This document shows positions 1-10,554 of a DNA stretch of 48,569 nt, piece after piece. Under the pieces are notes generated by a model. That model did no database searches and was not told where the DNA came from. It saw only the letters and a list, made by a program, of their open reading frames with translations. How positions within the stretch are numbered: the first letter of the stretch is position 1; each line of letters opens with the position of its first letter. The DNA is taken from contig MRSU01006998.1 in NCBI GenBank assembly GCA_008369845.1, forward strand, positions 1 through 48,569, written 5' to 3'. This DNA comes from Trichomonas gallinae (Eukaryota). The position numbers and the translations under genes are program-made.

Positions 1-89
1 AGGTGCTGCATATCGACGACAAATTGCTTACGGTCGAGGAGTTTGTTGACGATGTACTTGCGAATGTGAAGGGTGACCTTAGACATTGA
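1..89 (+). CDS. 3' end of a gene entering from the left edge (...VLHIDDKLLTVEEFVDDVLANVKGDLRH*), product unknown
   Basis: Open frame from position 3 to TGA at 87-89 with coding-like GC, followed by an abrupt switch to AT-rich DNA. Confidence 0.6.
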   Translation, partial: VLHIDDKLLTVEEFVDDVLANVKGDLRH

Positions 90-1182
90 AAAAGGCCAGC
101 CAAAAACCTCCGACACTTTTTCGCTCATGACCAAAACATGTTTTAATACTGCATTAATATAGTATTGATGTTAATATGCAATTTTTATCATATAACTATA
201 GCCTTATTTTGATTTTTTTCAGCATCTAATAATAAATATTGAAGTTCGAGTCTTAATACTTCTACCATATAATAAGTACATACATGTATGTATAACTATG
301 GCTTTATTTTGTTTGTTTATCACTCAACTACTCAAAGAAAAGTACATCAAATACAAAAAAACGAATTTTTGGCCGAAAGTTGCACCATAGGTTATATATC
401 TCATAATAGATCTATAGATGCTTATATGCCAAAATTGTCCACTTGTTCTATGAGATGAATGATTTATGTTTTTTTTTTTTTTTTTGATAAAATATTGAGC
501 AAAAAAACCTTTCTATTTTTGCTACTAAAGAACACATCCTATCTTCAAAACAAATAATGTAATATACTTATTAATCTAAAAAGATTTATTTTATGGCAAA
601 AGAATAGGAGAATATGGAAGTCTTAAAAAAAAAAATCTGAAATCATGCTTTCATCATCAATTTTCTTTAAATACGACTAAATAAGCCCATAATAGCATTG
701 CATAATTCATCTTGTGAAAATACAATCACCAAAATCCATAGCTATTGTTGTTGAGGAAGAAAGTAATTTTGTCATGTAAATAAAATTTATCGACAAAAAC
801 CGTTATATATCTTATTGACCAATTTTACTGGTGTTTTGTAACTATGTTTGATTCAATTTAACATATCGCAAAATCAAATTTGTCAATTTGCTTAAAAATT
901 TATTGCGATAGAATAAAAAAACTGTTTAATACGTTCAACATTGGCAATATATGCAAAAAAGTTGATATAATGCATAGGATTATCATTATTGTATCTAAAT
1001 CACAATTCTTTTTTTTATAACGTATTACAAAACTGATTTTAATAACATATTACGCGGTATATATTGTTTTCTATGACAATAAAAATATAAAAGAAAATGA
1101 TAAAAAATGCCAACATAAACATACATAATCTTTACAATAACATACAAACAAAATAATATATTATAATATAATACAAAACGCA

Positions 1183-1971
1183 TTAGTGAGCTTGTTGAAT
1201 CATTGGTCTCTGTGGAGTTCCTTGTGGTGGTCGACGGAAAGTTTTCTGTTTTTCTTGTGTGATTGAATTCATTGCAAGTTCAAATGTTTCACGACCATAT
1301 TTGGCAAGAACTTCCTCAATCCATTGGGCTGTTTCTGGAGAAAGGTTATCTTGTCCAATTGATTCTTGTGTTGCAGCTGCGGCAGCAACTTCAGGTGGTA
1401 GATCTAAATAACATTTTGAGCATAAAACGAGACATATATCAACAATAACTCCGTTACAAATTCTAATAAAGCTTTCATTAGGTATATGAGATTGAAGGTT
1501 TGTTTTCCATCTTTCAAAATGTGTAAATGGAAGTTCAAAGTTAACATTAAAGTCTATAGACTTGAGTAAATCAAGTTCAGCGTGTGTAATCTGTTCGAGA
1601 TGCTCTTGAGGCATGTGGCCATCCGCAGATAATGTCTCTGGTCCGACGAGACTTCTTATAATCGAAGAAGGAGCAGATCTGCAAATTCTGCTTAACTCGT
1701 CGTAGATCATTTGCATAGGTCTATAAGAATTTTGTGCTTTGCATGATGTAAAAAGAGCAGCAGTCATTAATATAAATAATCTGTATGGGCAATCATCGGT
1801 ATTTTTGAAATAATTTTGAAGCATTATAAAAGCAGTTGCAATAATTGGCGAAAGTTCGAGTTTTAAATTAATTCTAGATTTTGATATAAGTGTCCATACT
1901 GTTCGACGCTGATCATCTGTCCATGTCGTGCGAACAACGGAAAAATCAGCAGCATTTGGTAATTCACTCAT
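1183..1971 (-). CDS. Cyclin N-terminal domain protein, transcriptional cyclin (K/T/L/H)-like, 262 aa
   Basis: Cyclin-box pattern: IATAFIMLQNYF ... AALFTSCKAQN ... ELDLLKSIDFNVNFELPF. First ATG (MSELPN) at 1971. Confidence 0.8.
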   Translation of the reverse strand: MSELPNAADFSVVRTTWTDDQRRTVWTLISKSRINLKLELSPIIATAFIMLQNYFKNTDDCPYRLFILMTAALFTSCKAQNSYRPMQMIYDELSRICRSAPSSIIRSLVGPETLSADGHMPQEHLEQITHAELDLLKSIDFNVNFELPFTHFERWKTNLQSHIPNESFIRICNGVIVDICLVLCSKCYLDLPPEVAAAAATQESIGQDNLSPETAQWIEEVLAKYGRETFELAMNSITQEKQKTFRRPPQGTPQRPMIQQAH

Positions 1972-2046
1972 ATATAAAATAAATTTATTGAGATTACACA
2001 TAGAAATTTGCCTTTATTCAAAAAATTACCTTCTATTTAGGGTCTA

Positions 2047-2879
2047 CTATGTATAGGAGTCATAAATTCGATAAGATTCGAATGTCCTGCCAATTATAAA
2101 ATTGACTCCATCAGTAATCAATAGGATATATATACTACAATGATAACATTTCTTTGATTCTGTCATTTTATTTGCAATGCTCTCAATTTTAGTGATTATG
2201 TAGAAAACAAATAGAACAACAATTAATATAAAATAATTTTTCAAAAATGATTGTAAAATTTTTCTATAAAAATTCTGTAATTGCAGTTTCTTGTCAATGA
2301 GCATGAAATGAGTTTCAATTATATAAAAGCAATTTTTGAATTTAAATCAAGGGAATTATGCAATATTTTACTGTATACATTTAGTTCCCATATTTCACAA
2401 AAATCAAGAAAATACACATTTGAGAGATTATTTAAAAATTGATAATGATTGTAATCAGTAAACTATTGAATTTTATTTGTTCGAACATATAATTTTCAAT
2501 GTCGTCATATCAAATGCTTCAAATTTGTTTGTTCATTCACAATTTAATGTGAATACAATTTTTGCAAAACTTTTTTTTCCAACAAAAATATATTATTTCT
2601 TTATCATAAACTTGTTTGTTCGGATTATTTCCGATAATCTATGCTAGATATTCGCCTCTTTTCATTATTGGAAATTAATTTCATTCATGGGTTATATTTT
2701 CTTCTCATTTTATGACTGTTACGATCAATAATAGCAAAATATTCGTAAAAGATTAACAAAAACTGTTGTTTTCCTTTATCAATTTCAATTTCAACAAATA
2801 TACGAATTTCATCGTTAGATACATCAATAATTACATGAATATGGTCTGGAAATACTATTCCAATTGAATTTTTAAGTAT
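2047..2879 (-). pseudogene. Possible decayed gene relic
   Basis: ATG-less, protein-like 64-codon frame at 2879-2685 (ILKNSIGIVFPDHIHVIIDVSNDEIRIFVEIEIDKGKQQ...) plus an 85-aa ORF at 2304-2047 on the same strand. No family recognised. Confidence 0.25.
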
Positions 2880-3279
2880 TATTAATTTTCACATGCAAAT
2901 TATGCTATTCAAGCATCATCTGGCGTATATATTAATTTATATCATGATAATGAATCGCATCCTAATTAGTACTATGATTTAAACACTTAATTATATATAA
3001 TATTATTTTGAAATTTTATTTTTCCATCATTATATGTATGATATCACTTCATATCCAATAACAATTATATTGCAAGTTCGTTTTGTATTCGTTAGAAAAA
3101 TTAATTTCAATTTTCTATCTTTATTCGATATCCCATTTAAATCCATCCAAACTTGAGAACCCTATCAACAAGAAAATAAGCATTTATTTTATCAAGTCAA
3201 TATTCTTTAAACGTACATCTTGCGAAAAATTAAAATATGATTACCAAAATAACATTAAAATTTATAAAACTAACAAACA

Positions 3280-4782
3280 TCACACATAAGTAGTAAATAT
3301 ATATACCCAAAGTATGATAAAAATAATTGAAAAAATAATAAAAATCATCATAAATGGAATCTTTGATTTCTTTTCAGAGGAACTTGCAATAATTGGTAGT
3401 TCATTGTCACTGATATTCATGTATACAGATAAGAAGTCAATATTATTATGTTTCTGTGCAATATCAAGAATTTCGACAGTTATGTGTCCAAAAGGAACCA
3501 AAGTGGAAGCAATTTCATATGAACACGATTCTGCAGCTATTTCTATTGCACTTTTTCCATTTTTGTCTTTCAAAGTTGGATCAGTTTTTCCAGATTTGAG
3601 TAAAAACAATGATATATCATCTAACCTCTTTTCCATAGCTAAATTGAGACATAATGGATCATATGAAATCCCAGCTTCAAGAATTAATTTTGTGCATTCT
3701 AAACTTTCCGATTTGATTCCAATTTCAACCGGATTTGTTGAATTCTTCCCAAAAGAAGGAATATATCCCTTGAAATAAGGAGAATTGAATCGTTTTAACA
3801 AAGTTACTACTTCCACGATGCTATTGACTTCTGTTGCACTGCACAATGCATTAAATAGTTCATTAGTATCGTTTTGATTCTCAATTAGCCAATCAAATAG
3901 ATTTAGTCTGCGATTATATGACGCAACAGATAAGCAGTCTCTTGCATCAACATTGCCTTGAAAAACATGCTTTATTATATCATATGAACCACCTCTGATA
4001 GCGTATTTAGCTGAATTAAGACTCAATTGTGAAATTGAAATTAAAAACTTGTAACAGTTGTAAGAACCGAAGTAAGCTGCAAATCCTAATAAGTTCAAGT
4101 CTATACCTGGATTATCAGCTGTTTCAAAATCCGAAAATGATAATTTTTGATCGAAATTAATCTGATTTTCTTTATATAATGCTTGTAACTTGTCAATTAA
4201 GTCATACTTTAATATAAACTGTAGAGAATCTGTTTTATATCCATAATTGATAAACTGACTAAGATTTCCCCAGTTTTTGTTCTTCAAAAATTGATATATT
4301 TCATCTTCTTCGTATTTTTTGTCTATTTTGTATAAGAGCTCTAGATAATGGTATCTCTTGATGTTTGGAGCGAAAAATGAGAATAAAATGAAATAATTTT
4401 GTGATGAAATATTAACATTTTTCAAGACATTTATAATTTGATCATATTTGTACATGTTAGATTCGTATAAGTACATTAGTAATCTAAAACATGCTGTAGC
4501 TTGTTTATTTTCTTGAGAATGAATTGTGATTCCTTCCAAAATGCAAGATTTCAGGATTCCATTTGTATCTTTTATGGATTCGTCTATTGCTTTGATGATT
4601 TGTGCATAGTAATATATTGATTTCTCTCGAATTTTAATTAAATATAAAATATCTCTTGCTATAAACAAAAGAATATCTTTTGTGAGATTAAGCTTAGGAT
4701 CTAATAATCGATTTATCGATGAAACAACACTGTCTTGTGTTAAATCTTCAAGGATCGATTGGATCTTTTTCTTATTCTCCAT
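3280..4782 (-). CDS. Ankyrin-repeat protein (trichomonad DUF3447-type) with a C-terminal transmembrane helix, 500 aa
   Basis: LLGFAAYFGSYNCYKFL, YAIRGGSYDII and DKNGKSAIEIAAE ankyrin-like units; hydrophobic tail FMMIFIIFSIIFIILWVYIF. Confidence 0.8.
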   Translation of the reverse strand: MENKKKIQSILEDLTQDSVVSSINRLLDPKLNLTKDILLFIARDILYLIKIREKSIYYYAQIIKAIDESIKDTNGILKSCILEGITIHSQENKQATACFRLLMYLYESNMYKYDQIINVLKNVNISSQNYFILFSFFAPNIKRYHYLELLYKIDKKYEEDEIYQFLKNKNWGNLSQFINYGYKTDSLQFILKYDLIDKLQALYKENQINFDQKLSFSDFETADNPGIDLNLLGFAAYFGSYNCYKFLISISQLSLNSAKYAIRGGSYDIIKHVFQGNVDARDCLSVASYNRRLNLFDWLIENQNDTNELFNALCSATEVNSIVEVVTLLKRFNSPYFKGYIPSFGKNSTNPVEIGIKSESLECTKLILEAGISYDPLCLNLAMEKRLDDISLFLLKSGKTDPTLKDKNGKSAIEIAAESCSYEIASTLVPFGHITVEILDIAQKHNNIDFLSVYMNISDNELPIIASSSEKKSKIPFMMIFIIFSIIFIILWVYIFTTYV

Positions 4783-4949
4783 TTGAATATCGAATATAAA
4801 AAAACAGTGGGTCTATATATTAATTTTTAATAATTTTTTTTAAATATTACAAATCAACATGTTTTTGCGCTCGTAATTTCAAGAAACATCAATAACTACT
4901 ATTCCTGTCTAGTTTTGTTGATTTCTTTTTAATGAGTTTTACTACATTG

Positions 4950-5300
4950 AGACATTTATTCTTATAAGCAGCAAACATGCACAACTTGATAGCATTCGGA
5001 AACATGATCAACATGAAAAGTTGTTTTAATTATAGTCGGAAAAAAAAGGACAATCGCTTGAAATATATACAAACGCTGCCTTATAAGCTTAATCAAGCTA
5101 CCATCACTAAGATATTATTATATGATAAAACTTTTCCATACGATGATATCAATGTAGAATTAATAACTAATATAGAATGAATGGAATAACAGCATTAATT
5201 GCAGCTTCAAAATTAAGACAATTTTTAGTTCTCATTATACAAGAAACGCAAAAAATGATATTGGCTAAACTGCCTTATTATATGCTTGCTGTATACATCG
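4950..5300 (+). pseudogene. Ankyrin-repeat pseudogene fragment
   Basis: NGITALIAASKL starting at 5180 and RNAKNDIG*TALLYAC (TAA at 5266-5268) are ankyrin consensus pieces in different frames, which implies a frameshift plus a nonsense codon. Boundaries are approximate. Confidence 0.55.
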
Positions 5301-5414
5301 ATAAAATCAATGACTAGTGATATCGAAAATATTTAATGAGTTTTATTTATGATTCGATTCATTAGTCATATTAAATTTCAAACTTAAAAAGCTTGATATT
5401 TTCTTATTCTATTT

Positions 5415-5975
5415 TTAATCAATGTTCACATCGCTAATTTTGTTCAGTGCCATACATGGTGGATCTCCTGGGCAGTTTTCGTCCTGAATTATACGGACAA
5501 ACTTCGCTTCATAGACTTGGCTGAAGTGGAACGTTTTTTCTTTGCAGCGTCTCATCTAAATATCTTTTTCAACTTTGTGGATTGTTTTCCATGTAGAATT
5601 ATTGTCTGAAATTTGCAATGACCAGCTGTAAAGACAGCACTCTGAACAATATGAGTCCGGTTCATAGCAGCAGCATAGTTGGTCATCACAGCATCCAGCT
5701 TTAAGATAATATACTGTTAATTTCATTGTTCGATCTCTGATACTTAAACCCAAATATGGAAAATCTGTCTTAGATACTCCACAATTTCAGCACCAATCGT
5801 AATTTTTCGTTATTTGATCAAATGCGTACTCTGGCTTAGTTTTCTGTAAAGTTCCATTAATTACTTGAGAACTAGATCCACTAGCAAAGTAATCAATGAT
5901 TTTGTGCTGATAAGCTATTTTTAATATAGAATTACCTTCATTCATTAACTTCTCCATTACAAAAAACATAAGCAT
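5415..5975 (-). pseudogene. Cys-rich, F5/8-type C (galactose-binding-like) trichomonad protein with two in-frame stops
   Basis: One continuous frame: MLMFFVMEKL...YDWC[TGA 5787-5789]NCGVSK...GCCDDQLCCCYE...CCLYSWSLQISDNNSTWKTIHKVEKDI[TAG 5556-5558]MRRCKE...KFVRIIQDENCPGDPPCMALNKI... ending at TAA 5415-5417. SWSLQxSxDNxxW and FVRIIQ resemble discoidin-like domains. Confidence 0.7.
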
Positions 5976-6140
5976 TTTAACTTTAGAAAATTGAACAACT
6001 CTGTTCGATATTTTTTTCATTTATATTGAGACTAAACAGCTTATTTCGACAAATAAACGTATTTTTGACACGTAAAGTATTTTATTTGTCAATTGGCTTT
6101 TTTGATAAATAAAATTATTTTTGACATGTAAAGGATTAAA

Positions 6141-6148
6141 AACCGTTA
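6141..6148 (+). promoter_or_regulatory. M3-like trichomonad core promoter element (AACCGTTA)
   Basis: Matches the DRCSGYTD consensus; starts 31 bp upstream of the ATG at 6172. Confidence 0.4.
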
Positions 6149-6171
6149 ACAAAACAGTTAAAAAAGCAAAG

Positions 6172-7314
6172 ATGGATTTTTCGGGAGATAATAAGTATCT
6201 TACAGGAATAAAACTCTCTGGTAGATCTGCAAGAAGACCAACACAAGACATTTCTCAGGCTTTTATGGTCAGTACTGTTAAGCTTGAGAAAGCTGAATTT
6301 AAATATCCGCCATCTGTTTTAGCATCTCTTCCGCACATCATTCGTAAGCCAGAAAATCTTAAATACAACTACGGAATTCCAGCTAATAAGAAAATAATCG
6401 ATGCGATGATTGATTTAACATATTATCAGCCAGATTGCGAAATTCATTTCCTTCTTCCTGATGGAACAGAACAAATAGAAACATTCAAATCATACACATC
6501 TCTCAATTCTGTTGCAAAGTTTTTCGCTCAAGAATTACAATATACAGATATCGATAATCTCGTTCTTGTCCGCATGATTGGAGCTGGATTGAACATGCGT
6601 CTTCCAACATGCCAGATGCCGATTGGATTGTTCCATATTAAAGATGCTATGTGGACATTTGAATTCAAATTCGTTCCAAAATCAATGCCAATGAATAAAT
6701 TAACAGCTAATATGCTCAATTTATACATAAATCAACGCGCCCACGAGCCAACAACAATTCCACAAGCAGATCTTAACAATCTTATCGATTTTGCAACAAA
6801 ACTCGTTGATGTTGCATCAAATCCAACAGAACCAAATAAACAGAAGTTACAAGTCTTCCTCGATGATATGAACACAAATCCAAAATTCGAAGCAATTAAC
6901 AGCAGATTTGCTAAAACAGGCGAAATCAACATCACTTACTACCAAATCACTAAAGACATGAAGATGAGAGTCTGGAAAGGTGTAAATGTTCCAAATGTCC
7001 ATGATGCAAAAGATTGCGTCGTTAGAAGAACAGAAAGAGGCTTTGCATTGACATTCGGTGAAAATACACAGTATCCTATCCCTCGTGTCTTCTTCGAGAG
7101 CTTCTATGAATTTATAAATTTCGCAATGTTCGAGAACTGGCAATCTGTGACATTCCGCCAGTTCGATTTCGAGCCACAGCCTCGTAAATTAGGTGGTGTT
7201 CCTCGCTGCTATGATGATTCACGCATCAATTTCATTAAGCCGGAGAAACTCCAAGAAGTCATTGATAGTCAGCTAGAATTTGGTAGAAAGTTAGAACCTG
7301 TTGATAAGAAATAA
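6172..7314 (+). CDS. Hypothetical protein, possibly FERM-like, 380 aa
   Basis: Long ORF with ATG at 6172. IHFLLPDGTEQIETFKSYTSLNSVAKFFAQELQ and FKFVP resemble the FERM F1 lobe. The stop lies in a TAAA context. Confidence 0.7.
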   Translation: MDFSGDNKYLTGIKLSGRSARRPTQDISQAFMVSTVKLEKAEFKYPPSVLASLPHIIRKPENLKYNYGIPANKKIIDAMIDLTYYQPDCEIHFLLPDGTEQIETFKSYTSLNSVAKFFAQELQYTDIDNLVLVRMIGAGLNMRLPTCQMPIGLFHIKDAMWTFEFKFVPKSMPMNKLTANMLNLYINQRAHEPTTIPQADLNNLIDFATKLVDVASNPTEPNKQKLQVFLDDMNTNPKFEAINSRFAKTGEINITYYQITKDMKMRVWKGVNVPNVHDAKDCVVRRTERGFALTFGENTQYPIPRVFFESFYEFINFAMFENWQSVTFRQFDFEPQPRKLGGVPRCYDDSRINFIKPEKLQEVIDSQLEFGRKLEPVDKK

Positions 7315-7458
7315 ACTATTTGTTAATTTAAAACATATTTTCAAAATATTTTTATTTTTTTGCAGGATGCTTATGATTACCTATATTTTGCAATAACAAA
7401 ATGATTTTTGACATTTTTCTTTATAGATTTTTGAGATTTGGATTCATCAAAATCAATA

Positions 7459-9051
7459 ATGGAGTCTGAGGATGCTGATATTGCATCAGTAGAATCAGAA
7501 TATGGAGATGAAATGTATAGACTTCTTCATTTCGAATATCCTCCATATATGACAGATATAGGAAAAATTTATAATTTATTAAACAATTTAACATACGACA
7601 GCATATCTAGTCTTTATCCTCTATTTTTGGAGTTAGTAAAACCACAATATTACTTCGAATTCTGCCAAATTGTCATCCAAATTGCTCGATTTAAAACTTA
7701 TCTGATAGAAACGATCGTAAATCTACTAGTAAAGATATTCGAATCCTCAACTAACCTTGAACATTTATTTATTACGAAATTTGATTCATATTTAATTTTA
7801 CGGAAATTATTTAAACGAGGACTATACTCAAAAACCGATATAGAAAGATTATACATTCGTAGGGATCGAATACAACACTATTTTCCGGATGTTTTTAAAG
7901 ATTTTGAATCCAAAACAGAATATTTCAGTTTCTATTTCGCTTTCGAGAAATACAACGACATTAAAAACTGGAAAGCAGCAAATCTCATTGAATCAGGCTA
8001 TCCAAAAGATTGTATTCAAAGAATGATAAAATATGATATCGATAACGAACTTCATGATTACATATATAAGGTTGGATTTGATATTAATTCATTAATTCTA
8101 ATCTCACCTTTCGAATTTTTTAATTCGAAACCAATTCAACGTCCAGAGACTTATTTATTACAAAAAACGCCTTTGCAGCTTGCAGCATATTATGGATCGG
8201 TCAAATCATTTAAGCTTTTACTCTCAATGAAAGCAAAAATTAATTCAAATGTAATCATTGATGCAATTGCAGGAAACAATACAGAAATACTCAAATTATG
8301 CGATAATTGTAATGATTATCCTACACCAGACGAAATTCTCAATGCTTGCATTAAATTTAATAATAATAAGTTTTTGCCTATTGCAATTAAAGCAAAAGTT
8401 AGTTTAAAGACTCTGGAAACATGTCTTATATACTCTAACTATGAAGCGTTTGCTTTTCTTTCACAATTTTGTTCGGAACAAATTTCAAACAAATTTTTAG
8501 TTGAGCACAATTTATTTTCTATTTTCCAAAGTCACCTTACTGATACTCTACCAGATGCCACTGAGTTATTTACTATTGCTCTTAAACAAGGTAATTTCCA
8601 CATATGTCAAGCAATTTTGAAGTATAAACCTGATATTACATCACAATGCAGTGATGGATACTATATGATTCACTATGCTGCTGCAAGTGGCAGCGTGGAA
8701 TGCTTTGGACTTATATTGAAGCATTTCAAAATTGATTCTGAAACAAAAAACAACATCAGACCATTACACATTGCTATTCGTGCAAACGATGCAGAGATGG
8801 TTTCTAATATTATAGTATATGGCGCTGATTTAAAGTTTATCGATCGAGATGGAAATAATTATTTGCATTTTGCTGCAAAATTCGGTAATATAGAAGTAAC
8901 CAAGCTTCTTATTGATAATGGTGTCAATATCAATGCAAAAAACAACGCAGATATGTTACCTTTGGATATTGCAATGACAAAACACGCATATATCAGTCAA
9001 ATTGTCTATCAGAAATTCCTCGAAAATGCAATGAAAAGCCAGGCCAAATGA
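7459..9051 (+). CDS. Ankyrin-repeat protein (DUF3447-type), 530 aa
   Basis: TPLQLAAYYGSVKSFKLLL, RPLHIAIRAND, GNNYLHFAAKFGNIEVTKLLIDNGVNINAKN. Confidence 0.9.
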   Translation: MESEDADIASVESEYGDEMYRLLHFEYPPYMTDIGKIYNLLNNLTYDSISSLYPLFLELVKPQYYFEFCQIVIQIARFKTYLIETIVNLLVKIFESSTNLEHLFITKFDSYLILRKLFKRGLYSKTDIERLYIRRDRIQHYFPDVFKDFESKTEYFSFYFAFEKYNDIKNWKAANLIESGYPKDCIQRMIKYDIDNELHDYIYKVGFDINSLILISPFEFFNSKPIQRPETYLLQKTPLQLAAYYGSVKSFKLLLSMKAKINSNVIIDAIAGNNTEILKLCDNCNDYPTPDEILNACIKFNNNKFLPIAIKAKVSLKTLETCLIYSNYEAFAFLSQFCSEQISNKFLVEHNLFSIFQSHLTDTLPDATELFTIALKQGNFHICQAILKYKPDITSQCSDGYYMIHYAAASGSVECFGLILKHFKIDSETKNNIRPLHIAIRANDAEMVSNIIVYGADLKFIDRDGNNYLHFAAKFGNIEVTKLLIDNGVNINAKNNADMLPLDIAMTKHAYISQIVYQKFLENAMKSQAK

Positions 9052-9513
9052 TAATTTTTCATATTTTATTAAAATTCATATTTTTTTGGAGATTTTATCG
9101 TATCTAAATGCAATATAAGTCAAGAAGCCAAGTATAATGAAGAAACAAATTCAAACAATTCATCTTAGTATGATGATCCAAATAACAGCGAAAAAGAATA
9201 CAATGACAGCTGAATCGTTTTATGTAGGCATCTATAACGTTCTTCGCTGGCTAAGTTGCAGTTCTCCTCTGTTGCTTTGACTTCATCAAAAATATATTTA
9301 GTTTTTTGTTATTATAAATATTAGTTATTATTACAAAAAAGAAAATGCATTTTGTAGCATTCATCATGAGTTTGTTTATAGTAACATTATAAAATATCAA
9401 AAATAATATGCTTATTACATTCATTATAATAGGCATTAAAAGTCAATATACAAGATTATATTAAATTAGATGTATTCCAAATGATTATAAACAGAAATTA
9501 AAACATATAATTG

Positions 9514-10080
9514 TTAATCAGTAATGATTTCGAAATCAATCGGTCCACCTATCTCTATTAATTCGCTTGGATATCTCCATTCGATGCAATTATTCGATAA
9601 ATTTTGAAGAACATATTGTCCTTGTTTAGATGTGCAAATTAATACAAGAGTAATATCTGGAAATCCTCGAATAATAAATCTGGTTCCTTGTTCAGGCGGA
9701 TTTGGAGTGAATGAATTAATTGCATTTAAAACGGGACGAGAAAAAGGACTTTTTCTAATAGGAGAGCTTTGTGCACTTCTTTCATAAGAGCTAGATGACT
9801 TTTCGTATGTATTTAACGTACTTAATTTGTTTGCAAATGAAAAAATTGGCTGTGGAATATTAATTGACGTCTGTTTGGTTGGTTTAAGAGGTTGTATAAC
9901 GGGAGTAGTGGGCTTAACCGGTTCTGCAGGTTTTGCATTAATGATTAATGATTCTGATTGGCCAAGTGTCTTTTTTTCAGTTGGTTGTGGTTCTGTTTTC
10001 TCTTGGTTTGCTAATCTTGGAGATTCACCTTTTTTTATCAAAACCAAAGCATTCAAAAAATCATTCTTTTTCTTCTTCAT
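9514..10080 (-). CDS. Hypothetical protein with a low-complexity P/S/T-rich middle and a small beta-rich C-terminal domain, about 188 aa
   Basis: ORF with plausible composition; likely ATG (MKKKKNDF) at 10080. Confidence 0.65.
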   Translation of the reverse strand: MKKKKNDFLNALVLIKKGESPRLANQEKTEPQPTEKKTLGQSESLIINAKPAEPVKPTTPVIQPLKPTKQTSINIPQPIFSFANKLSTLNTYEKSSSSYERSAQSSPIRKSPFSRPVLNAINSFTPNPPEQGTRFIIRGFPDITLVLICTSKQGQYVLQNLSNNCIEWRYPSELIEIGGPIDFEIITD

Positions 10081-10155
10081 TTTTTGGTAAAAAAAAATCA
10101 TTTCCACCAATGCATTTTAATGTCGTATATTCAACAAGAAAATCGAATAAATAAG

Positions 10156-10278
10156 ATTTAGCTTCTCTGAAGCTATTAGAGTGTATAGTATACCACCATG
10201 TTTACCTACTAGGTTAGTCCAATTCTAATCACCTACGCTAATAGACACCGAACATTAACCTGGTGAATTTTTGACAAA
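10156..10278 (+). repeat. Dispersed intergenic repeat, copy A (copy B at 39684-39794)
   Basis: Shared blocks atttag.ttctct...ctatta..gtgtatagtatac...cat.tttacctacta.g.tagt.ca.ttcta.tc...gaacatta...ttttgacaaa. Confidence 0.75.
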
Positions 10279-10554
10279 GGCCGGATTTTGAGTATCCGCA
10301 CCTTTGCAATATTAATCTATATTTAAATAGTTTCACTTTTTCCAATATTTCATTTATGAAATATTGGAATTGTAGTTTTTGACGTGTAACTTTTCAAAAA
10401 TCTGACAATATGACGTTGTAAAATTTCTTTGACAGATAAATAAATATTTGATAAATAAACAATTTTACATGACAAAAGTCAATTGCCAACTATAATAAGG
10501 TTAATTCTCAAAATGATAAATGTTAAATTGAAATCATTATGCCTGCTCATTTTA

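Noticed and set aside
240..267. tRNA-like 3' half (gttcgagtc B-box, T-arm geometry, ending in acca)
   Set aside because: No complementary 5' acceptor strand, D-arm or anticodon arm upstream.
191..320. Short direct repeat tataactat(a/g)gc(c/t)ttattttg at 191 and 291
   Set aside because: Only about 22 bp of similarity in AT-rich DNA, with no further support.
9070..9436. Possible small membrane-protein gene or relic on the minus strand
   Set aside because: Multiple stops in each frame examined; the hydrophobic reading may only be the antisense of a hydrophilic stretch.
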